A stretch of DNA of 64,000 bases from Monocercomonoides exilis PA203. Lineage: Eukaryota; Protista; Preaxostyla. The stretch lies in assembly GCA_001643675.2 (NCBI GenBank), contig LSRY02000060.1, positions 1 to 64,000 on the forward strand, written 5' to 3'. The notes beneath the pieces are model-generated. The model was given only the letters and a program-made list of their open reading frames with translations. It had not been told where the DNA came from and ran no database searches. Positions 29,901 through 40,312 of the stretch are shown one piece after another. Position 1 is the first letter of the stretch, and every line of letters begins with the position of its first letter. The translations under genes were made by a program, and so were the position numbers.

Positions 29901-32900
29901 CCTTTCAAAACCCTCGGATCGTTTGATTCTGAGCAAAAATCGATAGATTTTGCCTGCCAACACAAAAAATAAAAATTTAAAAAAATTGCATAAAAATAAC
30001 TTACAAACCGAATTGAATGCGAGTTGCTGCGCAACGTGTAACAATTGGCGACACACACATATCGCTCGCCTCCACCCCAAATGCTCACCCCTTTTCTGAT
30101 AAAGAAGGAAAAATGACTGAAAAAGGGGGTCATTCAGATAGACTGAAAAAATGAAAATATTTTTTTAAAAAGAAAGAATGACCAGACAACAAAAAGAATG
30201 TGTGTTTGGGAGGTGTTATGACAAAAGTTAAAAAAGAAAAATAAAAACAAATTGCACCTTTCAAAACCTCGGATCGTCAATTCTGAGCAAAATCGATAGA
30301 TTTTGCCTGCCAACACAAAAATAAAAATTTAAAAAATTGCATAAAAATAACTTACAAACCGAATTGAATGCGAGTTGCTGCGCAACGTGTAACAATTGGC
30401 GACACACACATATCGCTCGCCTCCACCCCAAATGCTCACCCCTTTTCTGATAAAGAAGGAAAAATGACTGAAAAGGGGGTCATTCAGATAGACTGAAAAA
30501 TGAAAATATTTTTTTAAAAAAGAAAGAATGACCAGACAACAAAAAGAATGTGTGTTTGGGAGGTGTTATGACAAAAGTTAAAAAAGAAAAATAAAAACAA
30601 ATTGCACCTTTCAAAACCTCGGATCGTTTGATTCTGAGCAAAATCGATAGATTTTGCCTGCCAACACAAAAAATAAAAATTTAAAAAATTGCATAAAAAT
30701 AACTTACAAACCGAATTGAATGCGAGTTGCTGCGCAACGTGTAACAATTGGCGACACACACATATCGCTCGCCTCCACCCCAAATGCTCACCCCTTTTCT
30801 GATAAAGAAGGAAAAATGACTGAAAAGGGGGTCATTCAGATAGACTGAAAAATGAAAATATTTTTTTAAAAGAAAGAATGACCAGACAACAAAAAGAATG
30901 TGTGTTTGGGAGGTGTTATGACAAAAGTTAAAAAGAAAAATAAAAACAAATTGCACCTTTCAAAACCTCGGATCGTTGATTCTGAGCAAAATCGATAGAT
31001 TTTGCCTGCCAACACAAAAAAATAAAAATTTAAAAAATTGCATAAAAATAACTTACAAACCGAATTGAATGCGAGTTGCTGCGCAACGTGTAACAATTGG
31101 CGACACACACATATCGCTCGCCTCCACCCCAAATGCTCACCCCTTTTCTGATAAAGAAGGAAAAATGACTGAAAAAGGGGTCATTCAGATAGACTGAAAA
31201 ATGAAAATATTTTTTTAAAAAAGAAAGAATGACCAGACAACAAAAAGAATGTGTGTTTGGGAGGTGTTATGACAAAAGTTAAAAAAGAAAAATAAAAACA
31301 AATTGCACCTTTCAAAACCTCGGATCGTTAGATTCTGAGCAAAATCGATAGATTTTGCCTGCCAACACAAAAAATAAAAATTTAAAAAATTGCATAAAAA
31401 TAACTTACAAACCGAATTGAATGCGAGTTGCTGCGCAACGTGTAACAATTGGCGACACACACATATCGCTCGCCTCCACCCCAAATGCTCACCCCTTTTC
31501 TGATAAAGAAGGAAAAATGACTGAAAAGGGGGTCATTCAGATAGACTGAAAAAATGAAAATATTTTTTTAAAAAAGAAAGAATGACCAGACAACAAAAAG
31601 AATGTGTGTTTGGGAGGTGTTATGACAAAAGTTAAAAAAGAAAAATAAAAACAAATTGCACCTTTCAAAACCTCGGATCGTCAATTCTGAGCAAAATCGA
31701 TAGATTTTGCCTGCCAACACAAAAAAATAAAAATTTAAAAAATTGCATAAAAATAACTTACAAACCGAATTGAATGCGAGTTGCTGCGCAACGTGTAACA
31801 ATTGGCGACACACACATATCGCTCGCCTCCACCCCAAATGCTCACCCCTTTTCTGATAAAGAAGGAAAAATGACTGAAAAAGGGGGTCATTCAGATAGAC
31901 TGAAAAAATGAAAATATTTTTTTAAAAAAGAAAGAATGACCAGACAACAAAAAGAATGTGTGTTTGGGAGGTGTTATGACAAAAGTTAAAAAAGAAAAAT
32001 AAAAACAAATTGCACCTTTCAAAACCTCGGATCGTTAATTCTGAGCAAAATCGATAGATTTTGCCTGCCAACACAAAAAATAAAAATTTAAAAAATTGCA
32101 TAAAAATAACTTACAAACCGAATTGAATGCGAGTTGCTGCGCAACGTGTAACAATTGGCGACACACACATATCGCTCGCCTCCACCCCAAATGCTCACCC
32201 CTTTTCTGATAAAGAAGGAAAAATGACTGAAAAAGGGGGTCATTCAGATAGACTGAAAAATGAAAATATTTTTTTAAAAAAGAAAGAATGACCAGACAAC
32301 AAAAAGAATGTGTGTTTGGGAGGTGTTATGACAAAAGTTAAAAAAGAAAAATAAAAACAAATTGCACCTTTCAAAACCTCGGATCGTCGAATTCTGAGCA
32401 AAATCGATAGATTTTGCCTGCCAACACAAAAAAATAAAAATTTAAAAAAATTGCATAAAAATAACTTACAAACCGAATTGAATGCGAGTTGCTGCGCAAC
32501 GTGTAACAATTGGCGACACACACATATCGCTCGCCTCCACCCCAAATGCTCACCCCTTTTCTGATAAAGAAGGAAAAATGACTGAAAAAGGGGTCATTCA
32601 GATAGACTGAAAAATGAAAATATTTTTTTTAAAAAGAAAGAATGACCAGACAACAAAAAGAATGTGTGTTTGGGAGGTGTTATGACAAAAGTTAAAAAAG
32701 AAAAATAAAAACAAATTGCACCTTTCAAAACCTCGGATCGTCAATTCTGAGCAAAATCGATAGATTTTGCCTGCCAACACAAAAAAATAAAAATTTAAAA
32801 AAATTGCATAAAAATAACTTACAAACCGAATTGAATGCGAGTTGCTGCGCAACGTGTAACAATTGGCGACACACACATATCGCTCGCCTCCACCCCAAAT

Positions 32901-33278
32901 GCTCACCCCTTTTCTGATAAAGAAGGAAAAAATGACTGAAAAAGGGGGTCATTCAGATAGACTGAAAAAATGAAAATATTTTTTTTAAAAAAGAAAGAAT
33001 GACCAGACAACAAAAAGAATGTGTGTTTGGGAGGTGTTATGACAAAAGTTAAAAAAGAAAAATAAAAACAAATTGCACCTTTCAAAACCTCGGATCGTCA
33101 ATTCTGAGCAAAATCGATAGATTTTGCCTGCCAACACAAAAAAATAAAAATTTAAAAAAATTGCATAAAAATAACTTACAAACCGAATTGAATGCGAGTT
33201 GCTGCGCAACGTGTAACAATTGGCGACACACACATATCGCTCGCCTCCACCCCAAATGCTCACCCCTTTTCTGATAAA
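2607..33278. repeat. Subtelomeric tandem satellite, ~351-bp monomer, ~87 head-to-tail copies
   Basis: The marker 'cctcggatcg' recurs about every 350 bp from ~2925 to ~33091; I counted 87 copies by eye. Differences are almost all homopolymer or dinucleotide length changes plus one hypervariable site. The array stops after 'cttttctgataaa' at 33278. Confidence 0.98.
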
Positions 33279-33314
33279 AAACGCGAAAGCATTTCGCGTT
33301 TTTTATCAGAAAAG
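33266..33314. repeat. Perfect inverted repeat (23-bp arms, GCA loop) at the inner boundary of the satellite
   Basis: CTTTTCTGATAAAAAACGCGAAA-GCA-TTTCGCGTTTTTTATCAGAAAAG. It extends imperfectly through AAATGC/GCATTT after a 6-nt mismatch on each side. Confidence 0.95.
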
Positions 33315-34094
33315 ACGTTCGCATTTTGGATGTCGGACTCGCGCAGAGCGTAAAATGAAGTTTCTTATCGTGATCTTTGTTAATATTTGATTACAGCTGT
33401 TTAATCATTTTCAATGATCTTTTGTATTATATTTGTATGCTTTCTAAATGATCAAAAAATTTATTTTTCACATATTGAAATTTCAATCTATTAATAAATG
33501 AAATTATTTTTTTAAGTATATCTCACAGTTAAGTGCTAAATATCAATGTCAAATTTTCATAAATATCTACTTATTGAAATATTTACACATTTTTATTTTT
33601 CTAAATTGTTCATATTTGTGGAAATTTTATTTGTTATACAATAATTCACTTATTTATTTTGTTTGAGTTTACGCAAAAATTTTTTTATTCCAATCTGGTT
33701 AATTACGAAGTGTCTTTTTCAACAACTTTCATTCATTTTCAATACATAAATCAACGAAAAATGTCACCTAATAATGATGTGAAGTCAGATAGAAAAAAAT
33801 TTAACGATTAAAAATTGAATTTTTAACATAGAAAAATGGTTATGATCTAGATCAAACATTTTTTTAAAAAATTTATATTTAATAAAGAAGAAGGAATTAG
33901 TGGTTGATGAAAAGTTACGTATATGGGTAATAATATGAGAGGAATTGATTGATATTAAAATCAGAAATTAATTGATTCAAATTGTGGAATGATATGTTAA
34001 ATAAAATTTTTCTGTCAAAATTTTCATAATTATTTTTAAAATATCTCGATAAATAAATTTTTCTAAGCCGTGAGACTTTACCAGAGTGTTAGTT

Positions 34095-34283
34095 GGACTA
34101 TTTGTGAATTTTTGAAGTCAGGGTCAAAAATTCGAAAAATGAGAAATTTTCATTTTTCTGATTAAGTTGAATTTAGCTCAAGTTATTCATAAAAATAGAA
34201 AAATTGGTGAAAATCGGTTTTTATGAAAGTTGTGATCGAAACTTATGAAAACACAAAAAGTTCGGATAATTCGCGAATAGTCC
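34095..34283. repeat. Imperfect inverted repeat pair (possible MITE-like relic)
   Basis: GGACTATTTGTGAATT (34095-34110) versus the reverse complement of 34268-34283, GGACTATTCGCGAATT: 14/16 identical, and both differences are CpG->TpG. Confidence 0.55.
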
Positions 34284-34828
34284 GCTGAATTTTTTCGGGC
34301 CAGATTGGTCTGGTTAGAGAGAAAATGTCATAAGAATATTTTAACTGAAAAAGTGGTGATCTTAGATCAAGGACCGAAAAATATGGGGTCTCAGATTCCT
34401 TTGATAATTGGCAGGTGGCAAGGACGTGGGCCCCTTATAAACATACTCGAATCTAAATTTTTCTGTCGAGCGGTTGTGGCAGGGCAGTGCGGACAAGTTG
34501 GCCATTTTGACTGAAAAAATGAAAAAATTTTTTCTCGAAAATTTCAAAGTCGATATAAAATACGATTAAGCACATGAATACGACTTCTAATGTTGTATAT
34601 TGACGATTTTTTGTTGGATACACTTATTTGTAGTTTTTGAGTTTTAATCGAATTTTTGAGTGAAAATGTTCATTTTTGAGGTAAATCGAGTATAACTCCA
34701 GAAGTAACAGCCAGATAAATTTGAAATTAATATATGATATATGTGCATATAGTGCGGTAAGAGCATGCATATGGGTGTTGGTGGTGGGGGTCTGGCAGGC
34801 GGTGCAGAAAAGAAATATATTTTCATAG

Positions 34829-35125
34829 TGACTGGGGGTGCTTGGTTAGTGAGGTCACAGAGAGTGAACCAGGGGCAAGTGGCTGAATCGAAACACATAT
34901 GACCGGCACAGTAACCCATGCCCGGATGTGGCCAAACGGCGTTTCGATCGGCCCAGTGGTTGCTGAGAAATCCGATCGGCTAGTTGTTTTGAGTTCGGTT
35001 CTGATTTTTCACATAGAAAAATGACTTGGGGGTATTGACTTGGTGATGCTGTGGAGTGTGAGAGGAGGGCAAGTGATCGGAGTTAGAGGGATATGTTGGG
35101 GAATGTTAGTGGAGGTAGGATGTGG
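34829..35125. repeat. Degenerate G-rich direct duplication, ~100-bp units offset by ~194 bp
   Basis: Shared, nearly ungapped blocks TGACT-GGGGGT, GTGA, GGGCAAGTG, ATATG and GGATGTGG in 34829-34931 and 35022-35125. Confidence 0.55.
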
Positions 35126-37563
35126 TGCAATTACTAAGAGATTGGGTCAGCGGATATTCCTCCACACATCAATCAGTATAATTACTATTTGAAAATTGAA
35201 TTTTTTCTTTTATAATTTTTTTTTGAAAAAATTTATTGCAATGTTAAACCTGCCATTCAACTTTTTATTGCATTGCTTATCATATTATTAAACAAACTTT
35301 ATTACTGCAACATAAAAATCCACTTTCGATAAATTGCAAATAAATAATATTGATCAAATCAAATTTTCATGTTTTAAAGATCCTATTTTGGAACATGTTG
35401 TAAATCAGTAATCTTCTTCGTCAAACAAAGTAAAATCATCGTGCAACTTTTCTTCAGCAACTTTTTAACACGTAAATCTTCTATTTAACAGCTTATAACT
35501 TTTGGACTTGCATCTTTTTCCATATATTTCAGTAATCAAATAATTTGTGAATGATGCAAAAAATGTTGATTGCATACTCAATGTGCACTATTTCCGGCTG
35601 CGCAAATAAACATTCTTCTATGACAAAAGCATTTCTTCTGACATTCTTCCATCTTTGCAAAGAAATTCGTCAAAAATAGTTTAAGATTATCTGCTCATTC
35701 AAACCATGAATTATGATTCAAATTGAGATCGCTTTCGAAATAAGCATATACAGTTAACTTTCTTCAATTGTATTACCAGTTTGTAATATTTCATCTTTCT
35801 TTTTGTACATTATCTTTCTAATCATATAAATTACTATTATTTCCAGAGATTATCTTATATCAAAACATGAAACATTTTTAAATCATTTCTTTTCATTTTT
35901 ATCTTGCTAATTCAATCTCATGAAAAGAAAAATTTTTTCTTTTGTTGAGTACAAACAGTTTCAATAATTTAATTCATTGAAATTGTTTGAAAGCAGATAA
36001 TATTCCAGTAACATATAAGCTATAAATAATAATTCATGATAATTTGCAAGCATATTCACATATTTTACGCTCAATAAGATTGGCATTGACTTTCAATTGA
36101 ATTGTATCACTTTTATTTTGAATTCAATTACCAAGTTTCCGCTTCATTTGATAATCTTTAGTTTTCATTCATATTTAATGAAGAACAATATCTTTATTTC
36201 CATCATTAGAAACTTTCGCAAGTTATTCAATTTCGTTGAGAAAGTTATAAAACTTCATTTTTGTTTGCCAAACTCTTTATTTTTAGTTTTTATTTGTTTT
36301 AATATTTCGTTTCAAAAATGCTCAATAAGAAACATAACAATTATGAACTTTCACCGTTAAAACAATCGTAAATTGTTAACCTTCTGAATTTCATTTTCAG
36401 ATGATGTTTTCACAGAATTTTAAAAACAAATGAACGAAAATCTCATTCCAATAATGAATCAAAATATTTCTGTATGCATCTTATTAAATTGGAGATATTA
36501 ATGAACATTCTTTTCAAAAATTTATTTGAAAAAAGTGAAATTTCCTTTCATCCGATCATGTTTTCCATTGTCAATTTATGAAAATGTCAAAAACCTTGCT
36601 CCTTCTTTACTAAATCTAACAAACACTGCAGTAATCTAGACTAAATGCATAACAAATAGTTGCAAAAGCTGATTAGTGTGCTTCTGTAAATTTACTCTGC
36701 TTTTAATCCAACAAATTTTTTCCTCAACGAAAATCAATACTTGGCAAAAATGGAAAAGTTTTCATTGAAAATATCATTTCTGGATGCATGGCAAAGATCA
36801 TTCCCAAGTATTCCCTTCAAGCGTGTTTGTTGTTTCACCGAAGTTGAACTTCTTCTTCATGTAATTATCCATATTTCTTCTTTGACACGAACGTTCATAA
36901 TCTTACTGATAATGACAAAGATCTAAATGAATTTGTATCAAACTTTATATTATGTGTTCATGCTTTTTTGCTTATTTTCTTTGTTCAACTTTTCTCAGCG
37001 ATGGATTTACAAAACTTCAATCTTCATCTAGTTTTGTATATTGCTTCCGCATTCAACGAAAAACTGAAACACTTCACCTTTCGATTTCAATTGTCATATC
37101 GCTTTTTTCTTTTTGCAATAAATTTCTTTGCAATTAACATTTCTCTTTCAAAACAATAAAATTATTAAACAAACCTTTCTAAATAGTCCACCTTTGTTAA
37201 TAGATAATTCCTTTCGAAAAACTTTGTAAATAACACTAATTTATTTTGTTCTTTCCAGAATTGAACGATTCCATCGAATTCCTTTTATTTGACAAGAAGC
37301 ATTCAATTATTCTCTTTTTGTTCATTCTTGACTGAACAAAATGATTGAATTTTCAATATTCATCTGTGACGTATTTCATTTCTAAAATATACTTTGATTT
37401 TCTGTTCATTTTTAACAGAACCTTTCTCGAACAGTCAAGTTTTCCATTTCTTGCTTTTGAAAGTGTATGTAATATTTTCATTGACAATATTTGATGTGAA
37501 TGATAAAAATATTTAAAATGGAGCAAGCCTGTCAGCAGATTAATTTCAATAAAGGCAAAAAAT

Positions 37564-38742
37564 TCAATTTCCAGAACGTCTTTTCAATTTCTTCTCTTTG
37601 CAATTAACAACAGAAGAAGATGATGTTTTCTTTGACAACTCTTCAAGCGACTTCTTTTTCTTTGTGAACGAGTCCGATTTATTTCTGTAACTTGCACGGA
37701 TTAACTCATCAGCAGCATTCAGATCTTCATCTTCGTCATCAACTATGCTTATCGTTAAATCATTGTTCATCTGCTCATTATCGCAACACACTTCTTCTTC
37801 GTTTCTATCATCTTCATCGTCTTCTCTGCTGTCTTCGCATTTGATTTCCTTCCATTCACTTGAATCCGAGCAACTTTCAGAATCATCAACATCTTCGGAT
37901 TCACTTGACTCATTTCTTTGTAAACTGCAGTCATTCGCATCATCCTTTATGACTTTTATTGCGTGAGTATTATTTTCCTTGGCATCGTTCTCATCCTCGT
38001 CATCATGTATTATTTTCAAACAATGCAACACTTCGTCCCTGGAATATTCTGGGTGCCTTCGCCACTGCTTCTTTTGCAAGTTTCGCCAACGATCTTTAAG
38101 ATCCTGACCACTTCTTCCATCGAATTGAAGCGACATGTCGCACCATCTCATTTTTTGCTGCTTACACCTTCTGAGCAGCTCATCTTCTTCCTTTGTGAAG
38201 AATCTTCTTTTCTTTTGCTTCTTTTTCACCTTTATGGCATTGGAACTTGTGGAATTTTTGTTGTTCATAAGTAATCTATTTGGAAGTTGATACGGGTTGT
38301 CTGATATAACTTCAACAGATGATGGTGAAGAAGAAGAACTTGAAGTTGCACTGCTGGAAGATTGTGTTGAAGATGATGATGTGCATTCTTGGTTTGATTG
38401 TTTTCCTTCTCCATCTGAGTTCGTGTTTGTGGATTCGCTCCCTTCAGTGTTTTCGCTTTGACCCTGTGACTCTTCATCGGATTGTTGAATTGAGAGATCA
38501 TTTTCATTTGAAGATGATGTGCAGTTGGATGATGCTTCTTGAGGGAAACTGCCTTTTAAATCTAGACTGCGTCTCACAGGATAATCACTTAGATTAACAA
38601 AATCATCAACCAAATTGTCAAGATTAGCTAATGATTTTGACAATTTACAAACCACGTCTTGTCGAATGATTTTCATTCTTATCGTGTGAAAGTCATTTTC
38701 CTTCAAAGCTCTAAAAGAAGACTTTTCTTTTGGTGAATGCAC
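37564..38742 (-). CDS. C-terminal part of YR1: Ser-rich linker, telobox-like Myb domain and acidic tail (probably the same gene as 38711..40312)
   Basis: KKRRFFTKEEDELLRRCKQQKMRWCDMSLQFDGRSGQDLKDRWRNL is a Myb/SANT repeat whose recognition helix matches the TRF/TRB telobox signature (LKD[K/R]WR[N/T]). The ORF overlaps the YR1 ORF in the +1 frame. Paralog YR2 encodes YR and Myb in one frame. Confidence 0.8.
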   Translation of the reverse strand: MHSPKEKSSFRALKENDFHTIRMKIIRQDVVCKLSKSLANLDNLVDDFVNLSDYPVRRSLDLKGSFPQEASSNCTSSSNENDLSIQQSDEESQGQSENTEGSESTNTNSDGEGKQSNQECTSSSSTQSSSSATSSSSSSPSSVEVISDNPYQLPNRLLMNNKNSTSSNAIKVKKKQKKRRFFTKEEDELLRRCKQQKMRWCDMSLQFDGRSGQDLKDRWRNLQKKQWRRHPEYSRDEVLHCLKIIHDDEDENDAKENNTHAIKVIKDDANDCSLQRNESSESEDVDDSESCSDSSEWKEIKCEDSREDDEDDRNEEEVCCDNEQMNNDLTISIVDDEDEDLNAADELIRASYRNKSDSFTKKKKSLEELSKKTSSSSVVNCKEKKLKRRSGN

Positions 38743-40312
38743 GCTTTGCTCTCAAGGAAAGGTTTTCGTTCTTGTCGATATAAGCTTTAGCACATTTCTT
38801 CCATTGGTTTCGAATTTCCCTTTCACCATCTTCCAAGTGCTTCATTGCATCATTGAAATGATCATTCACTGCATTTCTAAATGTCTGAAATTGTTCTTTG
38901 ATTGTTCTTTTTGGGTCTGACAACTTGATACTATGATATGCAGCGATAGAAGTTAGAGCCAGATCTATTACAGTATCTCCAGGCTTGGGATTCACTAATC
39001 TGGAGCATACCGTTATTTTCTTGGAGGTATTTCTGACGTAAGTTAACTGAGCCCTGCCAAATGGGACCCAGTCAGCGACGTAAGCAGTGTGTTCAAGTAT
39101 CCCTCTTAACTTTTCTTCATCTGTTCCGGCTACCATAATTGCAGTACAGATGAAGCCTGCCCTTAAGGAGTGAAAAGAAAAGAGTTTACAAGGGTACCCT
39201 GCTTGCTCTGATCTTTTTCTGAACCTTAAGGACATTGCTGCTGGGCTCATGTCCCACAGCTTTTTCGACAACACATTCTTCGGCCACTTTTGTCTCGTTT
39301 TCAAAGATAGATGGTGGTTAACCTGCAAATGACGCTCAAGCCAATAAACAGGATCTCTGACTTGTTCATGTAAGCTGGTATGAGCAAATCTTCCTTCGAT
39401 CGTTACAGAGTGGTTAGAGTTTGGATGTCCCTTCAGCCTTCTCAATCTGATTTCAACCAAGATGCACTCAGCGTGTAAATCCGAAATTGTTACGTTTTTA
39501 ACATCCTCTAAAAAAACGTTTGCACATGTAATTGACCTAGCTCCGCAGTGAACAGCAAATAGAAAAAGAGAACAATCAAAATCAAAAAACATATTACCAG
39601 AATTGCTTCTTTCAATGATAAGGGCTACATCGTCAAGCAGTGCCGCTTCTTTTCCTTCTCCTTCCCTTTTGTAGCATCCGCTTTTTCTGACAGAAGAAAA
39701 AGCAGATCGAATTGTTAATTTAAGCTCACTGGAAAAGTCGAATTCTTTCGTTTGTTGAAGATGTTGTGATTTTAAAGATGGAATGACAACATTTTCAACA
39801 CTTTTAATAGAATATAAACATTCAATGCAGAGAAATTGAATGAATGAAGAGATTGTTGATGATTGTATTGGAAAAGGTTGGCTTTTAAGCAATTTCGCAT
39901 ATGGAACGTAAAGTTTTTCAGCCCATTTATATTTGCGATGGAGAGAAGGAGATAGAATTGTAACTTGTTGAGAATAACGTTGTAATGTAAGCGGTTTGCT
40001 TTTTTTTAAGGTTTTTTGTAATTTTGTCTCCCTTTTTGTTGCTATCCCGCATTCAGCAAAAAACTCATCCCAGTTTGAAGGCATTTCGAAATATGGTTTG
40101 TCCAATTCTTCAGCTTCTTTATCTTTTTCAAATATCCCAAAAAAAATATAAATTAACAAAAATGAAATCAACAAGATAAATATGCAAACATAAATATAAA
40201 AAAAACCTTCAAAATGATTGCTTTCAACCTGTTTCAAGTTGTCTAACTTCTTGGTTCGAATATTAAACAGCAAATGTTTTGATCGAGGTTGTCGAAAATT
40301 TAAATTTGACAT
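38711..40312 (-). CDS. YR1: tyrosine recombinase (Cre/DIRS/Crypton-like), core-binding plus catalytic domains
   Basis: Catalytic motifs occur in the correct order: GARSITC (R), RRLKGHP (K), FSFHSLRAGF (HxxR), VADW (W), AQLTYVR (Y). An upstream helical core-binding-like segment (YKWAEKLY...PFP...FIQFL...IPSL) aligns with YR2 and YR3. There is a probable in-frame 84-nt GT-AG intron at 40206..40123. Confidence 0.88.
   Translation of the reverse strand: MSNLNFRQPRSKHLLFNIRTKKLDNLKQVESNHFEGFFYIYVCIFILLISFLLIYIFFGIFEKDKEAEELDKPYFEMPSNWDEFFAECGIATKRETKLQKTLKKSKPLTLQRYSQQVTILSPSLHRKYKWAEKLYVPYAKLLKSQPFPIQSSTISSFIQFLCIECLYSIKSVENVVIPSLKSQHLQQTKEFDFSSELKLTIRSAFSSVRKSGCYKREGEGKEAALLDDVALIIERSNSGNMFFDFDCSLFLFAVHCGARSITCANVFLEDVKNVTISDLHAECILVEIRLRRLKGHPNSNHSVTIEGRFAHTSLHEQVRDPVYWLERHLQVNHHLSLKTRQKWPKNVLSKKLWDMSPAAMSLRFRKRSEQAGYPCKLFSFHSLRAGFICTAIMVAGTDEEKLRGILEHTAYVADWVPFGRAQLTYVRNTSKKITVCSRLVNPKPGDTVIDLALTSIAAYHSIKLSDPKRTIKEQFQTFRNAVNDHFNDAMKHLEDGEREIRNQWKKCAKAYIDKNENLSLRAKRAFTKRKVFF

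Noticed and set aside
2607-33278. Satellite as a CRISPR-like array or as 5S/tRNA/spliced-leader gene repeats
   Set aside because: There are no unique spacers, and I could not recognise 5S, tRNA cloverleaf or A/B-box motifs. An unknown ncRNA cannot be excluded without an Rfam search or RNA data.
2886-33324. About 130 short Phe-rich ORFs in the satellite
   Set aside because: Frames switch at random with homopolymer length, and no reading frame is conserved between monomers.
35160-37500. Coding-like AT-rich fragments and short plus-strand ORFs
   Set aside because: Frequent stops and no recognisable motif; possibly a decayed gene, but I cannot support a call.
38711-38713. TAG-as-Gln reassignment (used by some oxymonads) to explain the YR1 stop
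   Set aside because: Readthrough hits TGA six codons later, and the 2,700-aa and 1,250-aa ORFs contain no internal TAA or TAG.
40123-40206. Apparent transmembrane helix in YR1 (GFFYIYVCIFILLISFLLIYIFFG)
   Set aside because: It is better explained as a T-rich, in-frame 84-nt GT-AG intron read through by the ORF finder.
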